Shown here: piece by piece, positions 16,335 to 17,707 of the stretch
Layout: the number at the start of each line of letters is the position of its first letter
How positions within the stretch are numbered: position 1 is the first letter of the stretch
DNA from: an uncultured archaeon
GTDB lineage: Archaea; Iainarchaeota; Iainarchaeia; Iainarchaeales; 0-14-0-20-30-16
Direction: 5' to 3'
DNA: 17,707 nt
Assembly (NCBI GenBank): GCA_964480435.1
Contig: CAYZSS010000018.1
Coordinates: 1 to 17,707 of the forward strand
The notes under the pieces: model-generated
Database searches by the model: none
What the model saw: the letters and a program-made list of their open reading frames with translations, nothing else
What the model was told of the DNA's origin: nothing
Made by a program: the position numbers and the translations under genes

Positions 16335-16575
16335 GGGGGTTAGCAGTCCCCTATACAGGAAGTCTGCCATATGCCTGGGTTATGGTTGGTGGGTGTGACC
16401 TAAATAAAAATAAGCCCCAATATTTTTGCAATGAAAGCCAGACTCAAAGAAATTGATTAGAAGTGAACCCGCCAGGACTGGAAGGTAGCAACGGTAGTTT
16501 TTAGTTGATTTGCTTTGAGCCACCTGGCCAAGCAAGATGTTGGACCAGTTTATTTTTATCAAAGTTGCTACCGCC
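16335..16575 (+). ncRNA. Signal recognition particle RNA (7S/SRP RNA); boundaries approximate
   Basis: The conserved helix-8 core CCGCCAGGACUGGAAGGUAGCAACGGUAG (16469-16497) carries a GGAA tetraloop and the AGCA/AGG loop motifs. The flanks pair into a long helix 5: 16443-16449 with 16513-16519, and 16404-16413 with 16550-16559. The 5' GGGGGUUAGCAGU pairs with the 3' GUUGCUACCGCC. A T-run follows. Confidence 0.75.
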
Positions 16576-16673
16576 AATTGTTCTTTATTTTAAAAAAAAT
16601 ATAAAAACTGATTTTAATCAGCTTTAATTTAAAAACCTTACTAGAATATAGTATTATAAAAGTGGGCAAATAT

Positions 16674-16745
16674 GCTCTGATAGCACAGTGGTGGTGCGTC
16701 CGGCTGTTAACCGGAAGGTCGGAGGTTCGAATCCTCCTCAGGGCG
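16674..16745 (+). tRNA. tRNA-Asn (anticodon GUU)
   Basis: Hand-folded. Acceptor GCUCUGA/UCAGGGC, D arm GCAC-AGUGGUG-GUGC, anticodon arm UCCGG-CUGUUAA-CCGGA, T arm GGAGG-UUCGAAU-CCUCC, discriminator G. Confidence 0.9.
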
Positions 16746-16775
16746 CTCTAAGCTTTCTTTTTTGCAAATTGCGTT

Positions 16776-16801
16776 TTTCTTTCTTTCAAAAAAGAAAAAA
16801 G
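16776..16801. promoter_or_regulatory. T-run/A-run hairpin (core TTTCTTT-CAAA-AAAGAAA) just upstream of tRNA-Lys
   Basis: A 7-bp core stem (16780-16786 with 16791-16797) can extend with one mismatch to 16776/16801. It ends 3-7 nt before the tRNA-Lys 5' end. Confidence 0.45.
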
Positions 16802-16804
16802 TGG

Positions 16805-16878
16805 GGGTCCGTAGCTCAGCTTGGTAGAGCACAAGGCTCTTAACCTTGGTGTCCGGGGTCCGAATCCCCGCGGACTCA
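16805..16878 (+). tRNA. tRNA-Lys (anticodon CUU)
   Basis: Hand-folded. Acceptor GGGUCCG/CGGACUC, D arm GCUC-AGCUUGGUA-GAGC, anticodon arm CAAGG-CUCUUAA-CCUUG, T arm CGGGG-UCCGAAU-CCCCG. The T loop has C at position 55. Confidence 0.88.
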
Positions 16879-16970
16879 CTCCTCAGACTTTTTCAAAAAT
16901 AAATTAAAAAAACTGATTTTTAAAAATAGCAAAAAAATCATTGTTTCTTTCTTTGGCGGAACCAACACAG

Positions 16971-16993
16971 CTTTTTTGTTTTTCTCAAAAAAG
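16971..16993. other. Hairpin CTTTTTT-(9 nt)-AAAAAAG
   Basis: A 7-bp stem, extendable by A:T and G:T pairs at 16969-16970 with 16994-16995. It has the same CTTTTT..AAAAAG design as the hairpins at 76, 9140 and 17554. Confidence 0.4.
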
Positions 16994-17040
16994 TTTGAAG
17001 GCCTTAAGGATTTTACTTTACAAAATACCTTATTGCTTAG

Positions 17041-17070
17041 GCTTTTCTTTATTTGCAAACAAAGAAAGGC
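17041..17070. other. Long hairpin GCTTTTCTTTATTT-GC-AAACAAAGAAAGGC next to the tRNA-Ser 3' fragment
   Basis: About 12 bp with one A/C mismatch. It lies 5 nt from the tRNA-Ser-like fragment, downstream of it in the reverse-strand sense. Confidence 0.45.
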
Positions 17071-17075
17071 ATAGA

Positions 17076-17099
17076 AGTGGAGAGTGGGATTTAAACCAA
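17076..17099 (-). pseudogene. Orphan copy of the tRNA-Ser 3' end (acceptor 3' strand plus T loop/stem)
   Basis: 17075-17092 is identical over 18 nt to 17187-17204, the 3' end of tRNA-Ser(CGA). Of the next 7 nt, 5 match. The T-stem 5' strand is degenerate and no matching 5' acceptor strand exists nearby. Confidence 0.55.
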
Positions 17100-17165
17100 A
17101 CCTTTTTCGGAACGTTTCACTTCCAAAGGTTTGAACCAAATTGTACGAAGCCCTTCTGGCTTCAC

Positions 17166-17183
17166 GTGCCATTAAAATGGCAC
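17166..17183. other. Hairpin GTGCCAT-TAAA-ATGGCAC, 4 nt downstream of the tRNA-Ser 3' end
   Basis: Perfect 7-bp stem. On the reverse strand the loop reads UUUA. Confidence 0.45.
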
Positions 17184-17187
17184 CTAA

Positions 17188-17268
17188 AGTGGAGAGTGGG
17201 ATTTGAACCCACAAGTCCAGAGGACCTGGTTTTCGAGACCAGTGCGTTAGCCGTTCCGCCATCCCCAC
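17188..17268 (-). tRNA. tRNA-Ser (anticodon CGA), type II with long variable arm
   Basis: Hand-folded on the reverse strand. Acceptor GUGGGGA/UCUCCAC, anticodon arm CUGGU-CUCGAAA-ACCAG, variable arm GUCC-UCU-GGAC, T arm GUGGG-UUCAAAU-CCCAC, discriminator U. A TATATATA-type box lies about 20-25 nt upstream. Confidence 0.88.
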
Positions 17269-17353
17269 AAAAGATTTTGTTTATATATATTTTGATTAGA
17301 TATAGTTATATTATATAGTCTAATACTATAAAAAGAGGCAAAAATAAAATATT

Positions 17354-17437
17354 GCCGGGGTACCGAAGCGGTCAAACGGGACAGACTCAAGATCTGTTGG
17401 CTTAGTGCCTTCGCAGGTTCAAGTCCTGCCTCCGGCA
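17354..17437 (+). tRNA. tRNA-Leu (anticodon CAA), type II
   Basis: Hand-folded. Acceptor GCCGGGG/CUCCGGC, anticodon arm ACAGA-CUCAAGA-UCUGU, variable arm with a GGC/GCC stem, T arm GCAGG-UUCAAGU-CCUGC, discriminator A. TATAAAAA is centred about 24 nt upstream. Confidence 0.9.
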
Positions 17438-17442
17438 CTCTG

Positions 17443-17459
17443 GGATTTTTCCAAAATCC
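17443..17459 (+). terminator. Hairpin GGATTTT-TCC-AAAATCC, 5 nt after tRNA-Leu
   Basis: Perfect 7-bp stem containing a T5 run. It could be a terminator or a 3'-trailer structure. Confidence 0.4.
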
Positions 17460-17551
17460 TGAGTGGGCAAAAGTTTGGATGTCTACGACATCCACTAAGT
17501 CTTCGACTTAAATAAAAAGTATGCGAAGCTCTTTTCTTTTTGGGCCACTCA
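17460..17551 (+). ncRNA. Candidate structured RNA element (closing helix plus two internal hairpins); identity unknown
   Basis: TGAGTGG (17460-17466) pairs with CCACTCA (17545-17551). A second helix, CAAAAG with TTTTTG, lies above an internal loop. Inside are GGATGTC-TAC-GACATCC (17477-17493) and AAGTC-TTC-GACTT (17497-17509). Confidence 0.3.
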
Positions 17552-17553
17552 CA

Positions 17554-17577
17554 CTTTTTCTTTCGAAAAAGAAAAAG
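17554..17577. promoter_or_regulatory. Perfect 10-bp hairpin CTTTTTCTTT-CGAA-AAAGAAAAAG, 6 nt upstream of tRNA-Glu(CUC)
   Basis: Directly visible inverted repeat, analogous in position to the hairpin at 76-96 next to tRNA-Glu(UUC). Confidence 0.5.
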
Positions 17578-17583
17578 GGCAGG

Positions 17584-17655
17584 GCCCCGGTAGTGTAGTG
17601 GCTATCACGAAAGACTCTCACTCTTTCGACCTGGGTTCAATTCCCGGCCGGGGCA
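17584..17655 (+). tRNA. tRNA-Glu (anticodon CUC)
   Basis: Hand-folded. Acceptor GCCCCGG/CCGGGGC, anticodon arm GAAAG-ACUCUCA-CUUUC (anticodon CUC), T arm CUGGG-UUCAAUU-CCCGG, discriminator A. Its acceptor and D arm are near-identical to tRNA-Glu(UUC) at 1-72. Confidence 0.9.
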
Positions 17656-17707
17656 TCAGTTAAACACAAAGATAATTTTCTTCTATAAAGAAATTATTAA
17701 AAAAAGG

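Noticed and set aside
16380-16577. 65-aa minus-strand ORF
   Set aside because: It is fully overlapped by the SRP RNA, whose conserved helix-8 motif is at 16469-16497.
17076-17187. Possibility that the tRNA-Ser-like 3' fragment belongs to a complete intron-containing, split or permuted tRNA
   Set aside because: No sequence complementary to the acceptor 3' strand (UCUCCAC) exists in the 112 bp upstream of it. Its T-stem 5' strand is degenerate (UUUGG against CCCAC). No anticodon arm with a U33-containing 7-nt loop could be built.
16876-17495. Three ORFs (16876-17268 on the minus strand, 16941-17318 on the plus strand, 17247-17495 on the minus strand) in the tRNA island
   Set aside because: They run through tRNA-Ser, tRNA-Leu and hairpin-rich spacers. 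They have no Shine-Dalgarno or TATA context and no recognisable protein motifs.
17460-17553. C/D-box or canonical H/ACA sRNA identity for the tRNA-Leu/tRNA-Glu spacer
   Set aside because: There is no RUGAUGA/CUGA box pair on either strand. An ACA follows the closing helix, but the interior consists of two short perfect hairpins rather than a pocket plus a K-turn upper stem. It is kept only as an unclassified structured element.

Overview
This is a strongly AT-rich window (about 30% GC judged by eye, not computed). It is almost certainly from a small-genome archaeon, probably DPANN-like. Archaeal hallmarks are Hef helicase/XPF nuclease, FEN-1 ending in a PIP box, archaeal-type GluRS, a DRG/TGS GTPase, small pyruvoyl AdoMetDC, FtsZ, an SRP RNA, intron-less tRNAs without encoded CCA, and many start codons about 25 nt downstream of TATA-like boxes (leaderless layout). 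The window is tightly packed housekeeping DNA. In order it holds tRNA-Glu(UUC), gltX, a small membrane protein, a 144-aa unknown, a GNAT, a DRG GTPase, iscS-iscU, a kinase-fold protein, speH, dus, an AlkD-like repair protein, ferredoxin, tRNA-Arg, an MFS transporter, hef-fen-orf146, a small membrane protein and ftsZ. It ends with a 1.3-kb RNA-gene island holding SRP RNA, tRNA-Asn, Lys, Ser, Leu and Glu(CUC), and a tRNA-Ser 3' fragment. I found no CRISPR array, transposase, integrase or recognisable defence operon. The most interesting items are: (1) a minimal 144-aa protein with an ordered H-Y-E motif set like PARP-type ADP-ribosyltransferases; (2) an uncharacterised gene translationally coupled to hef-fen; (3) an SRP RNA that hand-folds as one long helix 5/8 hairpin with no room for helix 6; (4) a duplicated tRNA-Ser 3' end 112 bp from the intact gene; (5) a multi-hairpin spacer between tRNA-Leu and tRNA-Glu, plus a family of CTTTTT..AAAAAG hairpins abutting tRNA 5' ends; (6) an IscU-DUF1858-like fusion, a kinase fold with HxD changed to HxH, and a DRG GTPase with a degenerate G3 motif. 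All folds and motif calls were made by eye. No database search or folding program was run.
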